Positions 9,273-17,743 of a stretch of DNA of 64,000 bases are shown here, in pieces. The translations under genes and the position numbers were made by a program. The stretch's first letter is position 1. Each line of letters begins with the position of its first letter. The notes under the pieces were generated by a model. It saw only the letters and a program-made list of their open reading frames with translations. It did no database searches and was not told the DNA's origin. Origin of the DNA: an archaeon (GTDB lineage Archaea; Nanobdellota; Nanobdellia; Pacearchaeales; GW2011-AR1); NCBI GenBank assembly GCA_043821585.1, contig JBDRCQ010000003.1, forward strand, positions 9,861 through 73,860, given 5' to 3'.

Positions 9273-10166
9273 TCACAACCCCAATAATTTTTTTAGTTTA
9301 TCTTTTAGAAACATCATCAACTTTGATTTATAAGCCGCAGTCTTTAGGCTCTCCAGAGTTCTAGCCAAGATTCTAGAAGCAAGGGGAGATACTCGGTCTA
9401 CTTTTTTTAAGAATTTTAATACCAATCCCATTAAGGAGCCTTGCCGGACGTTGGATTTATAAGTGCATTCAATAGACCCTTGTTTTGTTAAAAAAGGGAT
9501 AGTCCAAAATACTCTAAGGTCGTTTTTCTTTTGGATATAGCTCATCTCCACATCCATTGCAACAGCAAACCCTTCCAAAAGCTTAGCAATCTTTTCAGCA
9601 GATCTAGGAGTCACCAGATAGGACCCAGTAGTATTGGATCTTTTTTCAGGGTGTTTATAAAGTGTAATTTTCCCCTTTTTGTCTCTTTTTACTTTTGGCT
9701 CTATCAAGAAAGAACCTTTATCACTATAACAAATATCCCAACTGATTCTACCAAGTTTTTCGACAGTCTCTTCTAGTTTTCCTGGAAAGTCGTCTGAAAG
9801 AATTACATCATCCTCGAGCACCATGGAAACTTTGTTGTCTTTATCCTTCGCAATCTTTTTAAAGATCCGGATATGGTGCAAAACCATAATCACATCAATC
9901 TTTCCAACCGATGGCATCTTTTCCTTCAACACTCTTGATCTTTCTATTAGGGCGCCCTCGCTTCCATTATGCAATGAAAGTTCTTTTTTTGTAAATCCAT
10001 CATCTGTAGACAAAACCCATTCGGCATATTTTCCCAAACCCAACTCGTTCAATCTATTCTCTAAATAAGCCCGCCTTTCTTTTAATTTGTCGTAGTGGAT
10101 AATATATATTTTTCCTAAATTTTTAATGTCCATCCTGTTTTGCATCCTGTAAAGCATATGCTTCAT
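9273..10166 (-). CDS. Glycosyltransferase family 25-like
   Basis: 297 aa with IYIIHYDKLKERRAYLENRL at the N-terminus and VLEDDVILSDDF. This pattern resembles GT25 LOS/LPS glycosyltransferases. The true start is probably an internal Met (MDIKN), reducing the overlap with the upstream gene. Confidence 0.5.
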   Translation of the reverse strand: MKHMLYRMQNRMDIKNLGKIYIIHYDKLKERRAYLENRLNELGLGKYAEWVLSTDDGFTKKELSLHNGSEGALIERSRVLKEKMPSVGKIDVIMVLHHIRIFKKIAKDKDNKVSMVLEDDVILSDDFPGKLEETVEKLGRISWDICYSDKGSFLIEPKVKRDKKGKITLYKHPEKRSNTTGSYLVTPRSAEKIAKLLEGFAVAMDVEMSYIQKKNDLRVFWTIPFLTKQGSIECTYKSNVRQGSLMGLVLKFLKKVDRVSPLASRILARTLESLKTAAYKSKLMMFLKDKLKKLLGL

Positions 10167-11457
10167 CTTGATACCTTAATAATTCCGCATTGCTTACTCC
10201 TGATAAATTCACGCCCGTACTATCATAAAAAGTAGTTCTTTCCATCTGACCAAGATCATTGGGATCCAATAATCCTCTCTCAACAGCCAATCTATAAACG
10301 TCAGTTCCGGGAACAGGCGTCAATAACATAAATTTCATTTGTTCAGTATCCAGCTCTCTTGCAAAATCTAACGTCTGCCTTATAGTTTCATGAGTATCGC
10401 CCGGCAATCCAAGTATATAACTTGTAAGCGTCGGGATCCCAGCATCCCTTAAGAGCCTAACACCTTGTCTAATCTGATTTTTAGTTTCTCCTTTTCTAAT
10501 TTGTTTAAGCATAGCCTCATTTCCAGTTTCAACACCCACTGCAGCATAGACACATCCCGACTCTTTCAAGGCGACGGCAAGTGCGGGAGTCACTGAATCT
10601 GCCCTGACTTGCACGTCATATTTCAACCCTAAGCCCGCATCTCGAATTCTATTGCAAAGCTCTAAGGCTCTCCGCTGATTTATCGCAAAATGGTCATCAT
10701 AGAAGGTTAAATTTTTAATCCCCCACGTTTCAGAAAGATCGGTGAACTCTCCCATAATTGAATCTACGCCTCGGTATCTTATCTTACGTTTCCATGTTAC
10801 TCCAGATGCACAAAATACACAATCACGCGGGCATCCCCTTGTTGTGAAAACCCCCACGTGAGGTCCTTCAAAATGTCCAGGGTCCAAATATTCGCCCAAT
10901 GACAGTAAGTCCCATGCTGGCCGAGGTAATTCATCCAAATCTGTCACAAATGGCCTCCGCCCATTTACAACTAACTGGCCGTCTCGAGTTGTGATCAAAT
11001 TTTCCAAGTCCACCGGATCCCTGCCAGCAACAAGATGGTCCAACAATTCTAAAAATGCTGGCTCTCCCTCACCAGCAATTCCATAATCAATAGAGTCATG
11101 TCCGCAATCTTGAGGTCTCCCGGTAATATGCGGCCCGCCCACAATAGTTGTTACAGTTTCATCTTGTTTTTTCAGTTCATCGCAAATTCTTAGAACCGTT
11201 GGAAACCTCGGAGTTAACGTGGTAAACCCGATATACTCTGCGCCTCTAGACAATATGCTTTCAGCAATTTGGTCAGGCTCTCTAATATCTTCTAATTCAA
11301 AATCAAGAATTTCAGGCCCATACCTTCCAGATTCTCGTATAAACGAACCGAGCATGGCAAGATTTGTTGGAGTTCTTAATACGCCTTGTTTTTTCCACCC
11401 CCCAGATTTAAATACATTGGGTGCGCGTACCAGTAAAACCTTGTGTCTCTGCATCAT
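10123..11457 (-). CDS. B12-binding (class B) radical SAM enzyme
   Basis: 444 aa. The N-terminal half is a B12-binding-like Rossmann domain (IGFTTLTP ... IVGGPHIT). It is followed by CPRDCVFC (C-x3-C-x2-C), the radical SAM cluster motif. Confidence 0.8.
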   Translation of the reverse strand: MMQRHKVLLVRAPNVFKSGGWKKQGVLRTPTNLAMLGSFIRESGRYGPEILDFELEDIREPDQIAESILSRGAEYIGFTTLTPRFPTVLRICDELKKQDETVTTIVGGPHITGRPQDCGHDSIDYGIAGEGEPAFLELLDHLVAGRDPVDLENLITTRDGQLVVNGRRPFVTDLDELPRPAWDLLSLGEYLDPGHFEGPHVGVFTTRGCPRDCVFCASGVTWKRKIRYRGVDSIMGEFTDLSETWGIKNLTFYDDHFAINQRRALELCNRIRDAGLGLKYDVQVRADSVTPALAVALKESGCVYAAVGVETGNEAMLKQIRKGETKNQIRQGVRLLRDAGIPTLTSYILGLPGDTHETIRQTLDFARELDTEQMKFMLLTPVPGTDVYRLAVERGLLDPNDLGQMERTTFYDSTGVNLSGVSNAELLRYQDEAYALQDAKQDGH

Positions 11458-11487
11458 AATCCACCAGATTTAATTCGTTTAAAAAGA

Positions 11488-12147
11488 TTATTGTTTTTCT
11501 AAAACGCCAATCATTTCGTTATTGGGGAAGAAGGTCATTTCAAATGAGTTCATTGAGCAAAATTTCCATAACGATGAAATGTTCCTAAAACTTTTAATCG
11601 CCATAAGCCTCCAAATGCCAGGGATGCTTCTAAAGTTTCTAATTTCAACAATTTTAAATCCTATTAATTTAGATAAAGCTGAGAGGCTATTTTTAGTCAA
11701 TGGGCTCCGATGGGTAGGGTCATTATAAAACACTTTATAACCCTTCTCCCAGTTTGGGGTTTGTAAGAAGATCTTCCCCCCCTTTTTTAAACATCTAAAA
11801 GCTTCTTTAAGAAAATTTTCCGGAGACTCGAGATGCTCAATAAGAGATTTCGCAAATATAAAATCCAAGGAGTTATCTCTGAGCAAGAAATTTTTGTCCA
11901 AGTTCATTTTATAGCACTTTATTCCCTCCTTTTTCAACCTATTAAAAAAAGAAGGATCGGTATCACAAACAGACACATTAAAACCCAATTTCTTAAAAGC
12001 AAGAGCGTTGTTTCCATTACCCGAACCAAAATCAGCTAATTTGCCCACCCTCTTAAAATATTTCAAAAAAACCCATCTAGAGAATAAATATTCATATAAC
12101 TGATTCTCTTCATTCAATTGAAAATTCAATTCATTATAACCTTTCAT
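11488..12147 (-). CDS. Class I SAM-dependent methyltransferase
   Basis: 219 aa with LADFGSGNGNNA motif I, a VCDTD acidic loop, and SLIEHLESP. Confidence 0.7.
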   Translation of the reverse strand: MKGYNELNFQLNEENQLYEYLFSRWVFLKYFKRVGKLADFGSGNGNNALAFKKLGFNVSVCDTDPSFFNRLKKEGIKCYKMNLDKNFLLRDNSLDFIFAKSLIEHLESPENFLKEAFRCLKKGGKIFLQTPNWEKGYKVFYNDPTHRSPLTKNSLSALSKLIGFKIVEIRNFRSIPGIWRLMAIKSFRNISSLWKFCSMNSFEMTFFPNNEMIGVLEKQ

Positions 12148-12193
12148 TTCTACAACTTATTGAGGGTTGGCATCCTTAAAAAGATTACGGGGT

Positions 12194-14227
12194 CTAAGAA
12201 GTCATTTTCGGCTTCCAAACTCGAGTTCCCCCAAATTCAAAATTAAAGTTTAACACTTCTCCCCCAGATTCTTGCAACGCTTTAGTTAACTCATTCCTCT
12301 TAGTTGGCTTGCTAAAGAACAAAAGATACCCTCCGCCGCCTGAGCCAAGAAGCCTCCCCCCATAGGCTCCATTTTCCAACCCGATCCTGTAAAGATCATC
12401 TATTTTAGGGTTCGTGATAGACTTACTCAAGCGCCTCTTGTTTATCCAAGATTCATGCAAGAGTCGGCCAATAGATCCAATCTCATTTTTAAGTAAGGAG
12501 TCCTTGATCTTCACAGCGATTATCTTATGTTCATTTTGAATTTTAGTAATAATCTCTTCATTCTCTTGAAAAAACTTTTCTTGGTGTTGGTGTAGATCTC
12601 CAGAAAAGTGGGATTGTCCGACATAACAGAGCATCAAATGCGAAACAAGCTCATGAACGATGTCTTCCTTAAGGCGGAGGGGGTGAATCAATGTCCGCGA
12701 TTCCTCAAATTCCATCAGGCTAAAACCTCCAGTGACCGCGGCATATTGGTCTTGCCAGCCCCCCTTAATGCCCAGCTCTTCACGCTCCGCATTATAAGCA
12801 ATTTCAGCAATTTTGTAATCATCATAATTTAACTCCTGCAATGTGCTCAAAAGAGAAATAACCAGAACAGCAAGGCTAGCAGACGAACCAAGGCCTCTTC
12901 CAGGGGGAATATCGTTACGTAAATACAAATCAAAACCGAACGGAGGCTTCATAATTTTAATAACTGCTTTGACTAAGTCAAACTTTCCGTCATATTCAAT
13001 TGATTTCCACGAGTCTAACAGAACCTCGCGCCCCAAATCTGAATTAATATGAATCTTAGAATCTGCCCGTTTAGTAATGCTGGCATGACAGTACTTATCA
13101 ATTGTAGCGTTTATTACAACGCCTCCGTGGTTATTGAAGAAACTTGGCAAGTCAGTCCCTCCCCCTGCAAAACTTATTCTCAGCGGGGCCCTCCCTCGTA
13201 GCGTCGGAAATGGTTTCTCTGGCAAAACCTCGCTTTTAAACTCAATGCTGACGATTTTTCCCTGTTCATCGAGGATGGGCAAGCTGTTAACACCAGACTC
13301 CAACAAGTGATAAATAGATGCTTCGCTATCGGTGGTCTTCCCAGTTATGGGGTTCTGTGTCATAGCTTTATGGACCGGGTCGCTTGGATTACCTCCATGT
13401 AGAAGAAACCGCTTCAAGATACCTTCTGTAACAACACCCAACAGCTTCTTTTGTTCGCCTGCAATAAGCACAAGGTTAATGCCTGTTCGGTCAAGCTTAT
13501 ACAATGCGTCACGAACAAGACGATCTTCTCGCAAGATCAACATTTCAAGAACGTCTTTCTTAAACTGTTCAAGAGACTCAGGCCGGCCTATATCTCTAAA
13601 GTACCCTTCGAAAGGAAATCCCCACAAAGTGCCTTCATTGGCTAACTGTGGAAAGACTTCACCTTCAATAGAAGTCTTTTTGCCAGGCTCAATATAGTCA
13701 AAAATCTTTGGCTCAAAAACGTAAACTCCAGAATTAATTAATGAATTAGAAACAACCTTTTTTTCAGAAAAGCCCATAATTCTATTTTCATTTAAGATAA
13801 CGTTGCCGTAATGAGAAGGATCTGAAGAAGTTGTTAAAGCTAAAGTAAAATTGCTCCTTTTTGATTTATGAAAATCAACAAGTTTCTTCAAGTCTAACTG
13901 CGAATATGAATCTCCATTTAAAACAAGAAATGTATTGTCTACATAGCGCTCTGCGTTTTTAATTGCACCAGCGGTTCCAAGCGGAGTTTCCTCTTCAGAA
14001 TAGGTTATGTTAACATTAAAATTACTTCCGTCCCTAAAATAAGATTTAATCTGGTTTGCCTTATTATGAACGGCAAGAATTACTTCAGTTATCCCTTGAT
14101 CTTTTAGAAAACGTATCTGATGTTCTAAAAAGGGCTTACCTGCGATGGAAACCATGGGTTTTGGAACATCGCCCGATACACTTTTTAGTCTAGTCCCAAA
14201 CCCGCCAGCTAAGATTATGGCCCTCAT
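12194..14227 (-). CDS. Tri-domain fusion: sugar-1-phosphate nucleotidylyltransferase (HddC-like) + CBS pair + GHMP sugar kinase (HddA-like)
   Basis: 677 aa. The N-terminus has MRAIILAGGFGTRL (nucleotidyltransferase G-G-x-G-T-R-L). The middle holds two CBS-like repeats (about aa 235-345). The C-terminus has RAPLRISFAGGGTDL and PPGRGLGSSASLAV, GHMP kinase motifs I and II of the HddA/fucokinase branch. Confidence 0.75.
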   Translation of the reverse strand: MRAIILAGGFGTRLKSVSGDVPKPMVSIAGKPFLEHQIRFLKDQGITEVILAVHNKANQIKSYFRDGSNFNVNITYSEEETPLGTAGAIKNAERYVDNTFLVLNGDSYSQLDLKKLVDFHKSKRSNFTLALTTSSDPSHYGNVILNENRIMGFSEKKVVSNSLINSGVYVFEPKIFDYIEPGKKTSIEGEVFPQLANEGTLWGFPFEGYFRDIGRPESLEQFKKDVLEMLILREDRLVRDALYKLDRTGINLVLIAGEQKKLLGVVTEGILKRFLLHGGNPSDPVHKAMTQNPITGKTTDSEASIYHLLESGVNSLPILDEQGKIVSIEFKSEVLPEKPFPTLRGRAPLRISFAGGGTDLPSFFNNHGGVVINATIDKYCHASITKRADSKIHINSDLGREVLLDSWKSIEYDGKFDLVKAVIKIMKPPFGFDLYLRNDIPPGRGLGSSASLAVLVISLLSTLQELNYDDYKIAEIAYNAEREELGIKGGWQDQYAAVTGGFSLMEFEESRTLIHPLRLKEDIVHELVSHLMLCYVGQSHFSGDLHQHQEKFFQENEEIITKIQNEHKIIAVKIKDSLLKNEIGSIGRLLHESWINKRRLSKSITNPKIDDLYRIGLENGAYGGRLLGSGGGGYLLFFSKPTKRNELTKALQESGGEVLNFNFEFGGTRVWKPKMTS

Positions 14228-14757
14228 TTTATCAAAGATACTGCCTCCTTAAGACTTTTAGCCACAAAATCGGCCGCCTCTAAATTCTCATTCCCAATCA
14301 AAATAGTTTTACACTTCCTTTTTCTTCCCATTTCAATGTCGCAGACCGAATCCCCTATAACCCAACTTTCTTCCAAATCAATGTTCAATTCTTTACTTGC
14401 CTTGTCCAACATCCCCGTAAGGGGTTTTCGACAATCGCACTCTCCAGCATCATGGGGACAAAAGTAAATCTTATCTATCCTTCCACCAGCCTCCAAGATT
14501 TCATTCAACATTTTGCCATGTATCTCTTCAAGATCCTCAAGATTCATAAGCCCCTTAGATATGCCTCTCTGGTTAGTTATAATTACAATTTTATAATCTC
14601 TCGCTCCCAACTTGCCAATGCTCTCCTTAACCCCTGGCAAAAACTCAAAATCGCGCCAATTAGTAATATATACGCCTTCAGGAGCCTTTTTATTTATGAC
14701 TCCGTCCCTGTCAAGGAAAACAGCCTTTCTTTTTGATAAACTCAATGTTCCACACAC
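14224..14757 (-). CDS. gmhB: D-glycero-D-manno-heptose 1,7-bisphosphate phosphatase (HAD-IIIA, GmhB-like)
   Basis: 177 aa with FLDRDGVIN (DxDG), ITNQ, the Zn-finger-like insert CPHDAGECDCRKP, and GDS. The start overlaps the upstream fusion gene's stop by 4 nt. Confidence 0.8.
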   Translation of the reverse strand: MCGTLSLSKRKAVFLDRDGVINKKAPEGVYITNWRDFEFLPGVKESIGKLGARDYKIVIITNQRGISKGLMNLEDLEEIHGKMLNEILEAGGRIDKIYFCPHDAGECDCRKPLTGMLDKASKELNIDLEESWVIGDSVCDIEMGRKRKCKTILIGNENLEAADFVAKSLKEAVSLIK

Positions 14758-14879
14758 TCCATGTAATTCAATTCATTAGCGACTTTATAAACAATTTTGT
14801 TATGGGGAATATGCTTGCTAGGCTGAATTCTCCTTCGGAAGGCTACTTCGCAGTAAGCTGCGACGTGATGGGCTTTTCA

Positions 14880-15824
14880 CTAATCGTTGCCATATGGGTT
14901 ATTTGCCAATAAAACCTTATATCCTCTAATCAGCTCTTTAATCCCCTCATCCAGTCCGACTGTTGCCTTGAACCCTTTCTTTAAAATCTTTTCATTTGAG
15001 ACTATGTAATTTCTTTTATCAGGGTCTGAAGCAAATTCATCATAATATATCTTTATTCCAGGAAGATGCTCTTTAATTTTATGGGCCAGTTCATCTTTAG
15101 AGAGGTTCGCTTCGTCAAGGCCAAGATTATAAGGCTCATTTTTCATAGATTCGAAATTCTCTATGACATGTAAGAACCCTTTTGCAACATCACCTATGTG
15201 AATATAATTCCTTTTGAAATGTCTTTCAAACAGAATCAGACAACCGTCTCTAAACGCTTTGAAGACAAAATCATTAACCAAGAGGTCCGTCCTCATTCTA
15301 GGTGAAACTCCAAATACTGTAGCCAGTCTAAGCGTAACAGCTGGTTTATCAGATTGCAACAAAAGTTTCTCCGCATTAACTTTAGTCTCTCCATAAAGGG
15401 AGATCGGTTCAAGTGGCGTTTCTTCGGTACAGAACATGTCGCCAGTTTTAGTGCCATAACCGCTATTTGTTGTGGGGTAAACAACTATCTGATCGTGATT
15501 TCTTAGTCTGTCGAGCAAGGCAACTGCCTCATAATTTGTTGATTTTGCATCGAATGGTTTCTTCTTACAAATAGGCATTCCAACCAAACATGCAAGGGGG
15601 ATAATTACGTCCTTTCCAGAAATAGCTTTTTTAATTAATTCTTCATCTCTTGCATCTCCGAATATGAATTCATAATTTGGATCGTTAGAAAAGAGAAATG
15701 GTGTTTGTTGACCGTACATGAGATTGTCAACACAAGTCACCTTGTAACCACTATCAAGTAAATGCCTTGTCATAACGCTTCCGATATATCCTGCCCCCCC
15801 AGTTATTAAAACATTCTTTTCCAT
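14880..15824 (-). CDS. NAD-dependent sugar-nucleotide epimerase/dehydratase (extended SDR)
   Basis: 314 aa with ITGGAGYIGS (a GxxGxxG variant) and YGETK (YxxxK). Confidence 0.75.
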   Translation of the reverse strand: MEKNVLITGGAGYIGSVMTRHLLDSGYKVTCVDNLMYGQQTPFLFSNDPNYEFIFGDARDEELIKKAISGKDVIIPLACLVGMPICKKKPFDAKSTNYEAVALLDRLRNHDQIVVYPTTNSGYGTKTGDMFCTEETPLEPISLYGETKVNAEKLLLQSDKPAVTLRLATVFGVSPRMRTDLLVNDFVFKAFRDGCLILFERHFKRNYIHIGDVAKGFLHVIENFESMKNEPYNLGLDEANLSKDELAHKIKEHLPGIKIYYDEFASDPDKRNYIVSNEKILKKGFKATVGLDEGIKELIRGYKVLLANNPYGND

Positions 15825-15825
15825 T

Positions 15826-16794
15826 TCAATTATTCCTAGAGTACCAATCGATAGTTTTCTTTAATCCTTCCTCTAAAGTATGCATTTTGTTCTTTTCAGT
15901 CCACCCAATTTCATTCTTCGCCTTCGTAATATCCAAAACTTTATTCTTAACCCCTACAAATTTATTTGTATTGTAAACAATCTCTCCGGAATACCCGCTA
16001 ACCTTTTTTATCGTTTCAGCAAGGTCTTTTATGGATATCTCCTTTCCAGCCCCAATGTTTATAATTTGACCACAGTAACTCGAAGGGTCTCCCTCAAAAT
16101 GTTGAGCAGCCATCAGCAACCCATCTATCTGATCCTCGATAAATATTAACTCTCTTGTCTGGGTTCCACCCCCCCAAACTTCAACACTCGGAAGAGACTC
16201 TTTTTTAGCATCACAAAATTTCGCAACCAACGCTCCAACCACATGGGCAGTTTTCAAATCAAAATCATCATAGGGCCCATAAAGTGTGGCAAACATAGGC
16301 ATTATCCCCCTTAAATTTTTATGCTGATCTGCATAAGCTCTTAGTCCAATACCAAGTAACCTTTTTGTCGCCCCGTAGGCATAAACGCTGTCATGTAAAT
16401 CCCCTTGATCAATGTCCTCCTCTTTTAATCGAGGTATTTTCCCGGGGTAGCAACAGCTACTTCCAACAGCGATCATCTTAGCATCTGGTTGAAACTTTCT
16501 CCAGGCCTCAAGAGAGTTAATTTGGATCAATCCATTAACATAAAATTGTTCTGCAGTGTGGTGCATCGGCCAATCAGCAGCATGTTGCAATGCAGCCATA
16601 TGAATAACAAAATCATATTTACCAGTCTGAAATGCCTTTTCTGCATCATCCTTCTTTGTCAAATCATATTTGCTGCTTCCAAAAGTAAAATAAGTCGCAC
16701 CGAGAGCATCTAGTTTTTTTGTAAGATTTTTACCAACAAAACTAGTCCCCCCAGTTATTAAAACATTTTTCCCCTTCCAAAAGTTATCATCCAT
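15826..16794 (-). CDS. GDP-L-fucose synthase-like (Fcl/WcaG family) GDP-4-keto-6-deoxy-sugar epimerase/reductase
   Basis: 322 aa with ITGGTSFVGKNL, GSSCCYP (compare GSSCIYP in E. coli Fcl), YAYGATK, and VWGGGTQTRELIFIED (compare VWGSGTPMREFLHVDD). Confidence 0.7.
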   Translation of the reverse strand: MDDNFWKGKNVLITGGTSFVGKNLTKKLDALGATYFTFGSSKYDLTKKDDAEKAFQTGKYDFVIHMAALQHAADWPMHHTAEQFYVNGLIQINSLEAWRKFQPDAKMIAVGSSCCYPGKIPRLKEEDIDQGDLHDSVYAYGATKRLLGIGLRAYADQHKNLRGIMPMFATLYGPYDDFDLKTAHVVGALVAKFCDAKKESLPSVEVWGGGTQTRELIFIEDQIDGLLMAAQHFEGDPSSYCGQIINIGAGKEISIKDLAETIKKVSGYSGEIVYNTNKFVGVKNKVLDITKAKNEIGWTEKNKMHTLEEGLKKTIDWYSRNN

Positions 16795-16957
16795 AATTCT
16801 TCACACCCTTGCATGTATATAAATATTTGTAACTTCGTGGCATAATGAAAATCAATTCGCCACAGACATGTACTTAAGAAGTGGTAAAATTAAAAAAATT
16901 AATTAAACGAAAAACAGCACCAGGTAACTTTAAAAATAAAAGGGGCTAATTATCTCT

Positions 16958-17743
16958 ATGCGAAAGAACACGCCAGAACTTTGGGACTCTCTCTGGAAAA
17001 AAACATCAAAAGAGCAAGACATTTTCAACCTAACTCGAGAGGAAAACTCAATAAGGTGGCAAAGGATAGAGAAAAGGATACTTAGTAAATTTAAGGGTTT
17101 CAAGAATTTAAGAGTAATAGAAATTGGGGCCGGCGGAGGCACTAACGCGTTGCTATTTGCAAAAAAAGGGTCCAAGGTTACAATATTAGATTATTCAAAA
17201 AAAGCAATCAAACGAAGTAAGGAATTTTTTAAGAGGAATAATTGCGATGCAAGGTTTATACTGGCAGATGCATTGGACTTGCCTGAAAAATTGAACGGCA
17301 AATACGATGTTGCCCTATCCTTTGGCCTAGCGGAACATTTCGAGGGAAAAAACCGGATAAAAATTGTAAAATCCCATTTCGACTTGATCAATAAAGGGGG
17401 AATTGCCCTCATCTCGGTACCAAATAAGTACAATATTCCCTACAGGATTCACAAATTTGTGGCAGAATCAATAAATCTTTGGAAATTTGGCGAAGAATAT
17501 CCTTTTTCAAGGAGAGAATTCGAGGCTATCGCGCAAAAAATAGACGTTAGAAAAAAAGAATTTATTGGGGACTCTCTTTTCACGTCATTTCGGCTTATCA
17601 ATCCCTTCCTAGTGCTGAAAAAGTTTTTCAATTTAAAGTCAAGGATAAGAAAGGAGAAAGGCACACCTTTAGATTCATACCTGAGCTATTCTCTTGTTTT
17701 TGTAGGGGAAACTAATATGTCCACCACCAAAGGCTTGAGTTAG
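16958..17743 (+). CDS. Class I SAM-dependent methyltransferase
   Basis: 261 aa with VIEIGAGGGTNA motif I, an ILDYS acidic loop, and GLAEHF. Confidence 0.75.
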   Translation: MRKNTPELWDSLWKKTSKEQDIFNLTREENSIRWQRIEKRILSKFKGFKNLRVIEIGAGGGTNALLFAKKGSKVTILDYSKKAIKRSKEFFKRNNCDARFILADALDLPEKLNGKYDVALSFGLAEHFEGKNRIKIVKSHFDLINKGGIALISVPNKYNIPYRIHKFVAESINLWKFGEEYPFSRREFEAIAQKIDVRKKEFIGDSLFTSFRLINPFLVLKKFFNLKSRIRKEKGTPLDSYLSYSLVFVGETNMSTTKGLS

